This document shows positions 52,199-64,000 of a stretch of DNA of 64,000 nucleotides, in pieces. The DNA lies in assembly GCF_001194135.2 (NCBI RefSeq), contig NC_068986.1, positions 114,187,687 through 114,251,686 on the forward strand. The letters run 5' to 3'. The position numbers and the translations under genes are program-made. This stretch comes from Octopus bimaculoides (lineage: Eukaryota). The notes beneath the pieces were generated by a model. The model worked only from the letters and a program-made list of their open reading frames with translations, did not search any database and had not been told where the DNA came from. How positions within the stretch are numbered: the stretch's first letter is position 1; each line of letters opens with the position of its first letter.

Positions 52199-52734
52199 AC
52201 AGATGTAAGCGGTTACACACAAACATCCGTATACACGTATGCAGGAAATGAGGCTTCGGTGTGTGCATTTATTTGTAAATGTTTGTGAATGTGTGTATAG
52301 ATGCCCGCTTGTCGAGATTTCTAACAAAATCGCAGTTATCTACATGATCGTTGCAGCTGGTGCACATGTAGCAACATCCCTTCTCAGCTATCATCAAGTG
52401 TGCATGGGTGACATAAGAGTGTTGCAGTCAGCTGTTCCACCACTAGATGTTAACACGCTTATGTGTATGTGTGTTTGCAGACAGATGTATACATACACAC
52501 ACACACATCGTGTTTACATGTAATACACATCATATACATAATATACATAATACATATTATGCACATACGCAGACACGCACACACATACACACGCGCACAC
52601 ACACACACACACATACTTATAACATAGACATTATATTACAAGCTCGCAATGTATGACTTGCTATACATGTACGGATGTGTGTATATGTGTGTGTGTCTTC
52701 GTGTGTGTGTGTCTGTGTGCGTGTGTGTGTGTGT

Positions 52735-53885
52735 GTCATTATTCAGTTTATTTCCAGATTTCTTGCCAGTAGAGAAAGAACCGGTTTCTAACCTAGATCC
52801 AAGGTTCCTTCATTGCAATTTCAACATCAACAACACGGTATTTTTGTTTGTATTTTTGTTTGTATGTATGTATGTATGTATGTATGTATGTGTGCAGATT
52901 TGTCTGTTTTGTTTTATGTATGTATTCTCATGCATATAGTTGCATATCTAGACATGCACATATATACTCAAATGATAAACTTCTGGTAAGTTTTACAGAT
53001 TTTTACAGTTCCGGTGATGGAACTGTTGTCTTCGATGGAACTATTGTCTTCGAATTAGCTTTCTCCTTTCTGGTTTTGAGAAGACCAGTTTCTCAAGATT
53101 GCTATTTAGACAGTGTGTTACATACCCCAGGGCCCCAATAATTACAGGTATAAACCTGAACTTGTAATCTGGATACAGTAACTGCAGATTTCTCAATAGT
53201 TCAGCATAGGTGTTCTCTTTTTCACTGATCTTCAGCTTTATGTTAACATCCGCTGGGCAGCTAATTTCCACACTCTACACAATTTCTCTTCTATATCCCA
53301 AATCATCATATCAGGTCTGTTGTGTTAACATCTTATTGAGATCTTCAGCGGGACATTCCACCAGTATTCCTTTTTATTATGAGTGGTTATGGCTTCTACT
53401 ATATTGTGGGTTCTTATTTCTATGTCCTCGGGGGTTATCCTTCCGACGGATTTCATTATAGAGTGTTCTAGCTACAACATCATGTCTCATCGGTGGATAA
53501 TACTGTGATGACACTTTCGGATACCTGCTAATGATGTGGGTGATATCTTCTGTGTGAACTCCACAAACAAAGTCTGTATCGGTTGTCACACTTTACTGCT
53601 TTTCCTGCATCTCTATCCCTTTTGTGCATCAGGTATTTATTTGGTTGATATTTCCTGTTCCTGATTGCAAACGCATACCCTTTTGAGTGGGAGTTGGCTA
53701 TTAGTCCGAGATGGACTGCTTTCGTGATCGAGCTTACTATCGTCTCGGAGCTTTCTACTAGCATATCCATGCATAGGTCTTCTGCTCGTAGAGGCTCATT
53801 CTTTCATCTGATATAGTTTGCATACTGTTTCTGTCCCTATTAACCATATTTTGATAAGTCTGCTAGCTATTTGTGCCATCACTGA
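52735..53885 (-). mobile_element. 5'-truncated R4/Dong-type non-LTR retrotransposon (CCHC zinc knuckle plus restriction-like endonuclease) with 3' UTR
   Basis: In order on the minus strand: SHSKGYAFAI, KCDNRYRLC, EDITHIIS..PK....RHDVVAR.LY (CCHC region), EISCPADVN..KISEKENTYAELL....FIPVIIGALG (REL domain), SITGTVKICKTYQKFII with stop at 52958-52960; several frameshifts. Confidence 0.88.
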
Positions 53886-54428
53886 CTGAAAAGACACTGA
53901 AATCCTATATTTTGCGGTAACGATACTTGGCGGCTATATGGTCACCGGACGCCTGCCTCTGAGGAGGTCCAAGTAGACTGAAATCACATGAACTGACACG
54001 TTCGGTGCCCGAAACAGTCGATTCTCGTCTGCTTCGATATAACCGTTCATTTATGCGCCATGCGTCTATATGAGAGTTCCTCTCCAGACTAACATCGCAG
54101 TATTCAATATCTAACAAGACATCTACGTTAAACTGGATATAGATAGATAGATAAACAAACAGGTACATATATATGTGTGTGTGTGTTCTTTCTCTCTTTT
54201 GTTTCCTTACTCTCTCTTCTTCTCTCAGGCGCGCGGGCGCTTCCTCTTGAATGGAACCAGCTGTGGTCAAACGAGAATGGTTTATGTCCGCTCAAACCGC
54301 CAGATCATGTACTTTTCGTACTTTGAAGAAAATACGCGTAATATAATCGCAGCTTTCTGTTTCAGGGTACAAAGATATAGAGGGTGCCTGAAATGTTGGT
54401 TGTGTCACGCACCTTAACTTCCGATTGC

Positions 54429-54536
<108 letters not shown>

Positions 54537-54862
54537 CATCTCTCTCTCATATCTGTTGTTTGTTCGTGTGTGTATTCATATATATTTATAAAGATATCTA
54601 TGTATTAATATATTGCATATATATACGCACCTATACTCGCATATACGTGTGTGTGTGTATCATGTGTGTGTATGTATATGTGTGTATATATGCATGCGTG
54701 TGTGCTTGTGCGTGTGTGCTTGTACATGTATATGTGTGTGCGTGTTTGTGCGCGTGTGTATGTGTATATACCCTCTCGCTAAAACTTACCGCAGTATAAC
54801 CAATCCATTTACTTAGATTTGTCTATCCATCAGGGGGTCGTAAAAGCCCAGAATAATTATCA

Positions 54863-54894
<32 letters not shown>

Positions 54895-55180
54895 AGAGTG
54901 TTAGGTGTGATGTTATATATATATATAGAATAAAGAAAACTTTAGATTACCAAACCTTTAACCTATCCCAAAGAAATAGCTTAGGGTTTACAAGACAGTT
55001 GATTCGTTTGTTTTTTGTCTTTTACAACCATCCCTTCTAAGTCTGCCTGATAAGAGGTAAATGGGTCTGTGTGAGTCAGGAATAATGGAGAATAGCTATT
55101 GTTGAATGATAAACTTGCTCCAACAGTGCATGTGTGTGTACGTGTATTCATATATATGTGTGTGTGTATGTATCGATGTG

Positions 55181-55213
<33 letters not shown>

Positions 55214-55742
55214 CAATGTTAATTCTCTAAATGAAATATATATGTGTATATATATATATTTATATATATGTATGTATGTATAATATATATATATGATATA
55301 TATATATATATACACACATATACATTCATGCATGCACACACACATATCAAAACTGTCCAGGTGCACATTCATGTTCTCTCGAGACGAACGGATGCTAGAC
55401 TCCACATACATACATACATACATACATACATACATACATACATACATACATGCATACATACATACATACATACATACATACGTGTGTGTATGTGTATGTG
55501 CATGTGTGTGTCTGTGTGTGTGTGTATGCTTAGATATATATATATANNNNNNNNNNNNNNNNNNNNNNNNNNNNNNNNNNNNNNNNNNNNNNNNNNNNNN
55601 NNNNNNNNNNNNNNNNNNNNNNNNNNNNNNNNNNNNNNNNNNNNNNNNNNNNNNNNNNNNNNNNNNNNNNNNNNNNNNNNNNNNNNNNNNNNNNNNNNNN
55701 NNNNNNNNNNNNNNNNNNNNNNNNNNNNNAGCGTATATAATC

Positions 55743-55780
<38 letters not shown>

Positions 55781-57537
55781 GATTATATACATAACCATAC
55801 ACACATACACATGTGTGTGTATGGTTATGTAAATATATGTTTACTCTTGTGTGACTTGCCCATTAATTACTCCCCCTTCCTTCGTCTTCCGCCTCTTCCT
55901 GCCTCCCTTCTAGCACCTCTCTGTGTATCACTCTCTCTCTCTCTCGTTTTCTCTTTCTCTCTTCCTCCTTATCTATCTCCTCCCCTTCTTCCTCTCTCTC
56001 TCCTTCTTTGACGGACAGTAAGTTCTTTGATTTAAGGAATCAGTGCTTTTATTATGACAACCATTATAGGGTTTCCTGTTCTCTTTATCTTCTTCTTCAC
56101 TTCTTTCTCTCCTTCTCTACTCTATTAATTCTTTATTACCTTCCTCTTCGTCCCCCTCCTATTCCTACTCCTACTCAACAGTATCATCATCATCATCAAC
56201 ATCATAATCATCATCGTCATCGTCATCATCATCAACTTCTTCTTATCCTCCTCCTCCTCCTCCTCCTTCTTCTTCATCTTTTTCTTCTTCTTCTTCATTC
56301 TTAAAGTATGAAACTTGATTACGATAATTCCAGAGAGGTCGAGGCTGATGATGATGATGGTGACGACGAAGAAGAAGAAGAAGAAGAAGAAGAAGAAGAA
56401 GAAGAAGAAGAAGAAGAAGAAGANNNNNNNNNNNNNNNNNNNNNNNNNNNNNNNNNNNNNNNNNNNNNNNNNNNNNNNNNNNNNNNNNNNNNNNNNNNNN
56501 NNNNNNNNNNNNNNNNNNNNNNNNNNNNNNNNNNNNNNNNNNNNNNNNNNNNNNNNNNNNNNNNNNNNNNNNNNNNNNNNNNNNNNNNNNNNNNNNNNNN
56601 NNNNNNNNNNNNNNNNNNNNNNNNNNNNNNNNNNNNNNNNNNNNNNNNNNNNNNNNNNNNNNNNNNNNNNNNNNNNNNNNNNNNNNNNNNNNNNNNNNNN
56701 NNNNNNNNNNNNNNNNNNNNNNNNNNNNNNNNNNNNNNNNNNNNNNNNNNNNNNNNNNNNNNNNNNNNNNNNNNNNNNNNNNNNNNNNNNNNNNNNNNNN
56801 NNNNNNNNNNNNNNNNNNNNNNNNNNNNNNNNNNNNNNNNNNNNNNNNNNNNNNNNNNNNNNNNNNNNNNNNNNNNNNNNNNNNNNNNNNNNNNNNNNNN
56901 NNNNNNNNNNNNNNNNNNNNNNNNNNNNNNNNNNNNNNNNNNNNNNNNNNNNNNNNNNNNNNNNNNNNNNNNNNNNNNNNNNNNNNNNNNNNNNNNNNNN
57001 NNNNNNNNNNNNNNNNNNNNNNNNNNNNNNNNNNNNNNNNNNNNNNNNNNNNNNNNNNNNNNNNNNNNNNNNNNNNNNNNNNNNNNNNNNNNNNNNNNNN
57101 NNNNNNNNNNNNNNNNNNNNNNNNNNNNNNNNNNNNNNNNNNNNNNNNNNNNNNNNNNNNNNNNNNNNNNNNNNNNNNNNNNNNNNNNNNNNNNNNNNNN
57201 NNNNNNNNNNNNNNNNNNNNNNNNNNNNNNNNNNNNNNNNNNNNNNNNNNNNNNNNNNNNNNNNNNNNNNNNNNNNNNNNNNNNNNNNNNNNNNNNNNNN
57301 NNNNNNNNNNNNNNNNNNNNNNNNNNNNNNNNNAACAAGACAGGAAAACAAACAGAAGGCTTTACGGCCAGACGAGAAAAATTATGTGTGTATGAACGCG
57401 ATGAGGCACGGAACCGAGAGAGACAAAGTGGTAGCGTGTGTTACTTGGCGAAAGCCAAGGAAGGAAAGGATTATTGATATATATACATACATATAAATGC
57501 ACCTACCCATCCCATATACATGTGGGAATATGCGTGT

Positions 57538-57584
<47 letters not shown>

Positions 57585-57796
57585 GTGTTATTAGTTAGAG
57601 ACGCGTAAATGAAGATAAATTAAAATGTAGCAGAGTTGTCTCCGACATAAAAATTGATTTATTAACCTAATTACGAATGACTGGATTACGGTGAATCCGA
57701 AGCAAACGTTCACTTGCGACGAACAGCAACAGTGAACTTAGCAGAATGAACGGGAAGGGACGAGTTTTCGTGTATGAATGAATGCCCGTCTTTTAA

Positions 57797-58930
57797 TCCT
57801 TTACTACTTTCAGATATTGAGCATGTTAGGGCGCCACTTTGAAGACTTTTAGCAGAACACATCGACCCCAGTATTTATTTGGACCTGCTACTTATTCTAT
57901 TGGTCTTTCTTGTCGAATCGCTAGGTTACGAAGCCGCGGGCGACAAACCAACAGCTGTTGTCAAACGGTAGGGGCAAACAAGCACAAGCAGAAAGTCACA
58001 CACACACACACACACAAGCAAACACACACAAACACAAACACACATACACAGGCACATCGACACACAAGCACACAGACACATAAAAAAAACACACGCATAC
58101 ATACATACATACATACATACATAAACACACACACATAAACACAAACACATACATACATACACACATACATACATACATACATACATACATACATACATAC
58201 ATACATACATACATACATACATACAAACAATCATATATAACAGAGTAGCATACTCTAAANNNNNNNNNNNNNNNNNNNNNNNNNNNNNNNNNNNNNNNNN
58301 NNNNNNNNNNNNNNNNNNNNNNNNNNNNNNNNNNNNNNNNNNNNNNNNNNNNNNNNNNNNNNNNNNNNNNNNNNNNNNNNNNNNNNNNNNNNNNNNNNNN
58401 NNNNNNNNNNNNNNNNNNNNNNNNNNNNNNNNNNNNNNNNNNNNNNNNNNNNNNNNNNNNNNNNNNNNNNNNNNNNNNNNNNNNNNNNNNNNNNNNNNNN
58501 NNNNNNNNNNNNNNNNNNNNNNNNNNNNNACAGACACATAAAAAAAACACACGCATACATACATACATACATACATACATAAACACACACACATAAACAC
58601 AAACACATACATACATACACACATACATACATACATACATACATACATACATACATACATACAAACAATCATATATAACAGAGTAGCATACTCTAAAAAG
58701 ACCTTGGTACAGGCATTTCGTTTGCATCCAGCATATACACAGCTTCTGTAAATGTATGGATTTACCTACTCCATTTCCTACACCTGCCTATCTATTTATA
58801 TATACGACGGGCTTCCCTACAGTTTTTCCGCCTGCCAAATTCACAAGGCATTAGTCGACCCGGGGCTATAGTAAGAGACACTTGCCCGAGAGGCATTGCA
58901 ATGTGACTAAACCTGGAACTTTCTTAACCC
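57797..58930 (-). mobile_element. Old SINE family B copy: tail half (57797-57990) and head half (58806-58930) separated by an expanded microsatellite and a gap
   Basis: atcgaccccag...tacttattctatt..tcttt..tg.cgaa.cgcta.gttacg and cgacgggcttc...cacaaggc.tt.gtcg.ccc.gggctatagta.gagacacttgccc match the family; joining the two halves is inference. Confidence 0.55.
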
Positions 58931-58944
58931 AATACGCCTATAAA

Positions 58945-59045
58945 GCTAACTTCGACAGGATTTGAGCTGAGGGCGTAAAGAATCGGACGAAATGCTGCTA
59001 GGTATTTTGTACGGCAGGCTAACGATTCTGTTAGTTCACCGCTCT
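58945..59045 (-). mobile_element. SINE family A head, diverged
   Basis: ggatttgagctgagggcgtaaagaatcggacgaaatgctgctaggtattttgtacggcaggctaacgattctg. Confidence 0.7.
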
Positions 59046-59329
59046 ATAGAAATTATTTCTAAAGTATATAATTAACTTCATTTGCAGAATTATATTGGCC
59101 ATCATGTGCTGGTGTATAAAGTTAAATGAAATCAGGCAAAACATTTCTAGCGGAAAGTTTGCTAGGAAATGTATGTATACGTATGTAGGTATGTATGTGT
59201 ATATGTTTGTAGGTATGTATGTGTATGTGTGTGCAGGTAGAACTAAATTAAAAGGTATAATGAATAAACACTCCAATCGGTCAAAACACCTTTATATCAT
59301 TCCCAAATTATCAAAAATCGAATATAAAT

Positions 59330-59369
<40 letters not shown>

Positions 59370-61139
59370 TTATGTCTGCGTATGTGTATGCAAATATGTG
59401 TGTAGGTATCTATGCGTATGTATGTGTGTGTAGATATGTGTATAGGTATGTATGTGTATGTGTGTGTAGATATGTACGTGTGTGTGTAGGTATGTATGAG
59501 TATGTGTAAGTATGTATGTGTACGTGTATGTANNNNNNNNNNNNNNNNNNNNNNNNNNNNNNNNNNNNNNNNNNNNNNNNNNNNNNNNNNNNNNNNNNNN
59601 NNNNNNNNNNNNNNNNNNNNNNNNNNNNNNNNNNNNNNNNNNNNNNNNNNNNNNNNNNNNNNNNNNNNNNNNNNNNNNNNNNNNNNNNNNNNNNNNNNNN
59701 NNNNNNNNNNNNNNNNNNNNNNNNNNNNNNNNNNNNNNNNNNNNNNNNNNNNNNNNNNNNNNNNNNNNGTGTGTAGATATGTATGTGTATGTGGATGTAG
59801 CTATGTATGTGTATGTAGGTATCTATGCGTACGTGCGTGAAGGTATGTATGTGTATGTGTGTGTAGGTATGTATGTGTATGTATGTGTAGGTATGTATGT
59901 ATGTGTGTGTAGGTATGTATGCATAAGTGTGTGTAGCTATGTATGTGTATGTGTGCGTAGGCATGTATGTGTATGTGTGTGCAGGTATGTATGCGCATGT
60001 GTTTTCCCTGCCTTGTAAGTGTTTAAAATATTATTTTCGTTGGCCTCCGGCTCGGTTAACAGTGTTCTAAAGAAATTTTTCATCGGCTGCCTTGCTCTTT
60101 TTGACTTTTTTTTTATGCAACCACTCAATCTTTAAATTTTAAGACAGACTTGTATCGATATGAATCAATAAATATCTGTAGTGTAAATCTTTTGGTGCTA
60201 CTGTCTTTCTTCTTTCCTCTAAAATTCAAATTCTGTCATATTTTTATCTCGAGCGGATTGGGACATATCTTCTGACTGTAATAATATTAATATTAATGGA
60301 TATAAATCTGAAAGTGTATTTTGGATGTTATATCTGCAAATTCCTCATCAATGGTACCAGTGTACATCGATATCTTCCTCCCGTGTTTTCCTTACCTCAA
60401 CGACATCACAAGAACAGCGGACGTTTCACAACGTAGCGCCGTCTTTCTAGTTATTTTATGAACCAAACCGATCAAATTGTAAAAACGTATGACACAAAAT
60501 ACCTTGCTGCATTTGTTCAAGCTGTCTGCACTCTAAGATCCTACCTTTTGTCCTTTCGAGCTCTATAATGTACGACCGGTTCGAACAGATTGTCGGAATT
60601 GTTACAGCATCGGAGGGGGATGCTTTATGTTCTGAGCCCTTAGATGGTAAACTATTTGTCACCCAGTTCAACACCACTACCTGATCCTTAAGTGCCTTTA
60701 TTCTGTTGCTAGTAGTCTAGACAGGTTTTCGGTTTGAGGATAACATCTTCCCCTCGATCCTCTTGTCTCAGACGCTTTAGATACGTAATATGTCATGAAC
60801 ACTGCTCTCCCATACTCTCTTTCGTCTAATGGAAACCGGATGGAAGCCCATCAGAGGGATTATACCTGTAACGCAAACCTCATTTCGCTGATTCTGCCCA
60901 AGATTGTTATATTAAAGGGACGTACGGCTGCGAAATACTCATCCTCTTTTACGCTAATTCGGATTATTCACTTGATCGAACAACTGAATATTCATCGGCA
61001 AAATCGACGGAGATCCATTTACTAAGGAATTTCTACATTGTGTCAAGCAAAAGTGTGGTGGTCATGGCTGGAACACTTGATAAATGGTTTGCTAAATCAT
61101 GGTTGACACAGGGCTACACAATAACGAGGACGACGATCA

Positions 61140-61244
61140 CAACAACAACAACAGAAACAACAACAACAGCAAAACTAGTTTATTTCCAGAATTAATGTTA
61201 GGCTGAAATAATCTCCTTGTCTGAACAGTAAAAGTATTGTTAAT

Positions 61245-61277
<33 letters not shown>

Positions 61278-61298
61278 ACCGACAGCAGCAGCAACAGC

Positions 61299-61353
<55 letters not shown>

Positions 61354-61750
61354 GGTGGTGGTGGTGGGATTGCAGAGTGTAGTGGGGGTGATGATGGTTT
61401 TGGTAATGTTGGTGGTTCCGATAATGACAATGGTAATGGTAGTGATGGTCATGATGGTGATGATGATGGTGGTGGTGGTGGAGATGAAGATGGAAGTGGC
61501 GATTGGCGACGGATAAGGTTTTGGCGATGATGACCGTGGAAATTGTGGCGAAGGTAGTAATGGAGTTGGTCATGGTAATGGCTGTGGTGTTGGTGGAAGA
61601 GGTGGTGACGGTAACGGTGGTGATGTAGGATGCTGGTGGTAGCGATGCCGGTAGTGGTGGTAGTGGTAGCGGGGTGGTCTTCTAATAGTGCTGGTCTGTT
61701 GATAAAATATATCAGAAGACCTCTGTGTTGTCGATGATGATGATGATGAT
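61140..61750. repeat. Compound (AAC)/(ACT)/(AGT)/(GGT)/(GAT)n trinucleotide region
   Basis: Direct inspection; explains the poly-T/S/G/H ORFs. Confidence 0.9.
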
Positions 61751-61799
61751 GATGAGCCTCCCAGACCATATATGGAATGACTTTCCGCGAGTACAGTTT

Positions 61800-61863
<64 letters not shown>

Positions 61864-62098
61864 TCTGTGAGTGCCTGTTAGGTATGAGAGGGTGAGGGTG
61901 GACAAACAAATGTGTATTTAGAGATAAATAAAATGTTCTATATTCTAAAAATAGAATGTTTTCTTTGATGGGTTGTTGTTTAGCTCCGGGTCACTCCTGA
62001 TAAAGAAACCTATGATCAAAGGCCTTCTAGCCATGACCATCCTACCTCCATTATTGTCGGGCGGTATCTAGAACGCCAACTAGTATTTAATGCGAGCT

Positions 62099-62195
62099 TA
62101 AGGCGGCGAGTTGGCAAAATCTTTAGCACGCCGGACAAAATGCTTAACGGCATTTCGTTTGTCTTTACGTTCAAATTCCGCCGAGGTCGACTAAT
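62099..62195 (+). mobile_element. SINE family A, 3'-truncated
   Basis: aaggcggcgagttggcaaaatctttagcacgccggacaaaatgcttaacggcatttcgtttgtctttacgttcaaattccgccgaggtcgact. Confidence 0.9.
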
Positions 62196-62820
62196 CTATT
62201 TTGGTTGGTTACCAGCATTTAAAAAATTAGAGTTTATCGAAAATTTTTAAAATTTGACTCATTAATATATTTTTCCAAGCTGAATTGCTGGAGTTATCTC
62301 ACTTCTTCTAGAAAAATGATTTAACAAATTTATTGAGGTTTAGAGTTTGATCATTTTCATTCACCCAGTCAGGAAACAGGATTGGGAAATTGTCATTTTG
62401 TGCGTGACTGCACATTTTGTCAACATCCTGAGAATAGCACGTGTTATCGAGAAAGTGTAAAGAACACGTCTTTTGTAGTTTTAGGCATTGCGATAGCACG
62501 AACTTAAAAGATTTGTCCAAAAACGTTATTTAGGTGTTATTTTTAGCACACTTCACGCTTACCTCAAAAGCAACAAGAAACGATTAAACAACACATATTT
62601 TGCAGTTTTAAGCATTCAATATGCGTTTAATGCAATAAGGTTTATCTGAAAACAAAACAACAGCACATTACAAGTTAAATATTTAAAAAAAAAAAACATT
62701 TTCTTGGCTAGTTCATAAATTCACATGCTCAATTGTCAACAGACTGGTAAAACAAGTGGTTTTCAATATATTTGTCAACACGTGCTTTGATGCAGACAAA
62801 CAAGTTCTCATGTTCCGCTT

Positions 62821-62960
62821 GTTACTATAGCAACAGGCATGAATATGCCTGTGGCTTATGATTGGCTAACATTACCTAAAATTCTGAAGCTTTAATTGCT
62901 AATAACTCTTTATTTATTGATTTATAGCGAAAATGATTTTCACGTCCTCCATCAGCCAAT
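62821..62960. promoter_or_regulatory. Candidate RFX X-box with flanking CCAAT boxes
   Basis: GTTACTATAGCAAC at 62821-62834 fits GTYNCYATRGNAAC; attgg at 62861 and ccaat at 62956. Motif matches only. Confidence 0.3.
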
Positions 62961-63013
62961 AAAAATGCATCATTGCAGTGAATATGAAATCAATTCGAAC
63001 AGTGGCAGCCAAA

Positions 63014-63165
63014 CCGAGTAGATCCACTTTGCCCTTCATCTTTTCGGAGTCGATAAAATAAGTACCATTTAAGTACTATTAAGTACCATTTGTGTACCAA
63101 TGAGGGTCGACGTGATCGACTTAACCTCTGTCCCGAACTTGCTTGGCCGTGTAGAAAAATTATTA
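63014..63165 (+). mobile_element. SINE family A, core and tail fragment
   Basis: actttgcccttcatcttttcggagtcgataaaataagtacca...gggtcgacgtgatcgacttaacc. Confidence 0.7.
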
Positions 63166-63504
63166 TTGTATCAACTCATTGAAACCAACATTCTATACGG
63201 TGATCTAATCTGCTAGAAATAGATGTGAAATCTCACTCATATCAGCCGACCATTTTAGTAAAGGATTGTCACATTTGGAACATCTTTGGCGGACTTTTCC
63301 ATAGAAGTAATCAACGAAACAAAAACAATTAGTCATTATTGCCAAAACGCTATGCTGTGGCCTCCTTCGATGGCTGTCATTTGACAGAGTCGTTAGGGCG
63401 TCGGATAAAATGCCTTCCGGTATCCTTTCTGCCTTTTAAGTATTCCGAGTTCAAATCCTACATTTCTCTCTCTCCCTCCCTCCCTCCTCTTTCTCTCCCT
63501 TCTT

Positions 63505-63568
<64 letters not shown>

Positions 63569-64000
63569 CAGGCCTGAAGATTAATGGTTGGCTGAGTCAA
63601 GCCCAATTCACGCCGCATATCACACAACGTTTCTATGAGTCCGTCTGATGTTCAGGGCCCCAACAACACCATGGCTTTTCACACACAATACTAAATATTT
63701 ACTAAACCAATTTTGTCAAATCCCCGATTCATTATTGCATAAATGATAATAAGTTTGTGTATTATAAACTATAACTTTACATCTAAAGAACGCTCTGATC
63801 CAATTGATCCAATGTCTTTACACATCCCGGAACTTATTGTAGATATGAGTATTTTAAATAAACACTTAAATATAATGATAATTTGGTAGAAATAAGTTCG
63901 TAAATATGTACTCGATAGATATGTTTAATAATATACAAATATTATATCTATACGTATTCTATATTACTGCACCTTTAAATATTGTATACATGTATGTATA

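Noticed and set aside
53959-53993. CTGAGGA-ggtc(caagta)gact-GAAA-tcacatga hammerhead-like match
   Set aside because: Core and stem II fit, but no stem I pairing and no U at the cleavage site; treated as chance.
53890-54400. CpG-rich segment with a pyrimidine tract and AG (candidate exons)
   Set aside because: No frame gives a recognisable protein and the donors are weak; cannot be supported without a database search.
60420-60960. Possible decayed LINE RT on the minus strand (VSKA, VTNSLPSKGS)
   Set aside because: Similarity to RT motifs is marginal by eye.

Overview
AT-rich, gap-riddled eukaryotic non-coding DNA: about 14 N-runs, nearly all bordered by (TA)n/(CA)n/(TACA)n/(GAA)n microsatellites, which is typical of a short-read assembly. 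The SINE families resemble those I recall from Octopus (coleoid cephalopod); that species call is inference. I could not recognise any host protein-coding exon, true tRNA/rRNA gene or CRISPR array, and almost all of the supplied ORFs are microsatellite translations. What is recognisable is decayed mobile DNA: two CR1/Jockey-group LINE pieces, two RTE pieces, an L1/Tx1 piece, an R4/Dong-type (restriction-like endonuclease) LINE plus a second fragment, Penelope-like element (PLE) RT and GIY-YIG remnants, MULE and mariner remnants, and many copies of three tRNA-derived SINE families. The most interesting signal is a set of sequence-unrelated minimal type-I hammerhead-ribozyme-like motifs (stem I / CUGANGA-like core / stem II / GAAA / palindromic stem III / NUH). 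They occur in tandem-repeat and fold-back mini-elements inserted in (TA)n tracts (15.3 kb, 49.4 kb, possibly 38.6 kb), next to an inverted GIY-YIG fragment (23.6-23.8 kb) and, in degenerate form, in the 3' UTR of the R4-type LINE (52.8 kb). All motif calls were made by eye, every copy deviates from the canonical core, and none has been tested computationally or experimentally.
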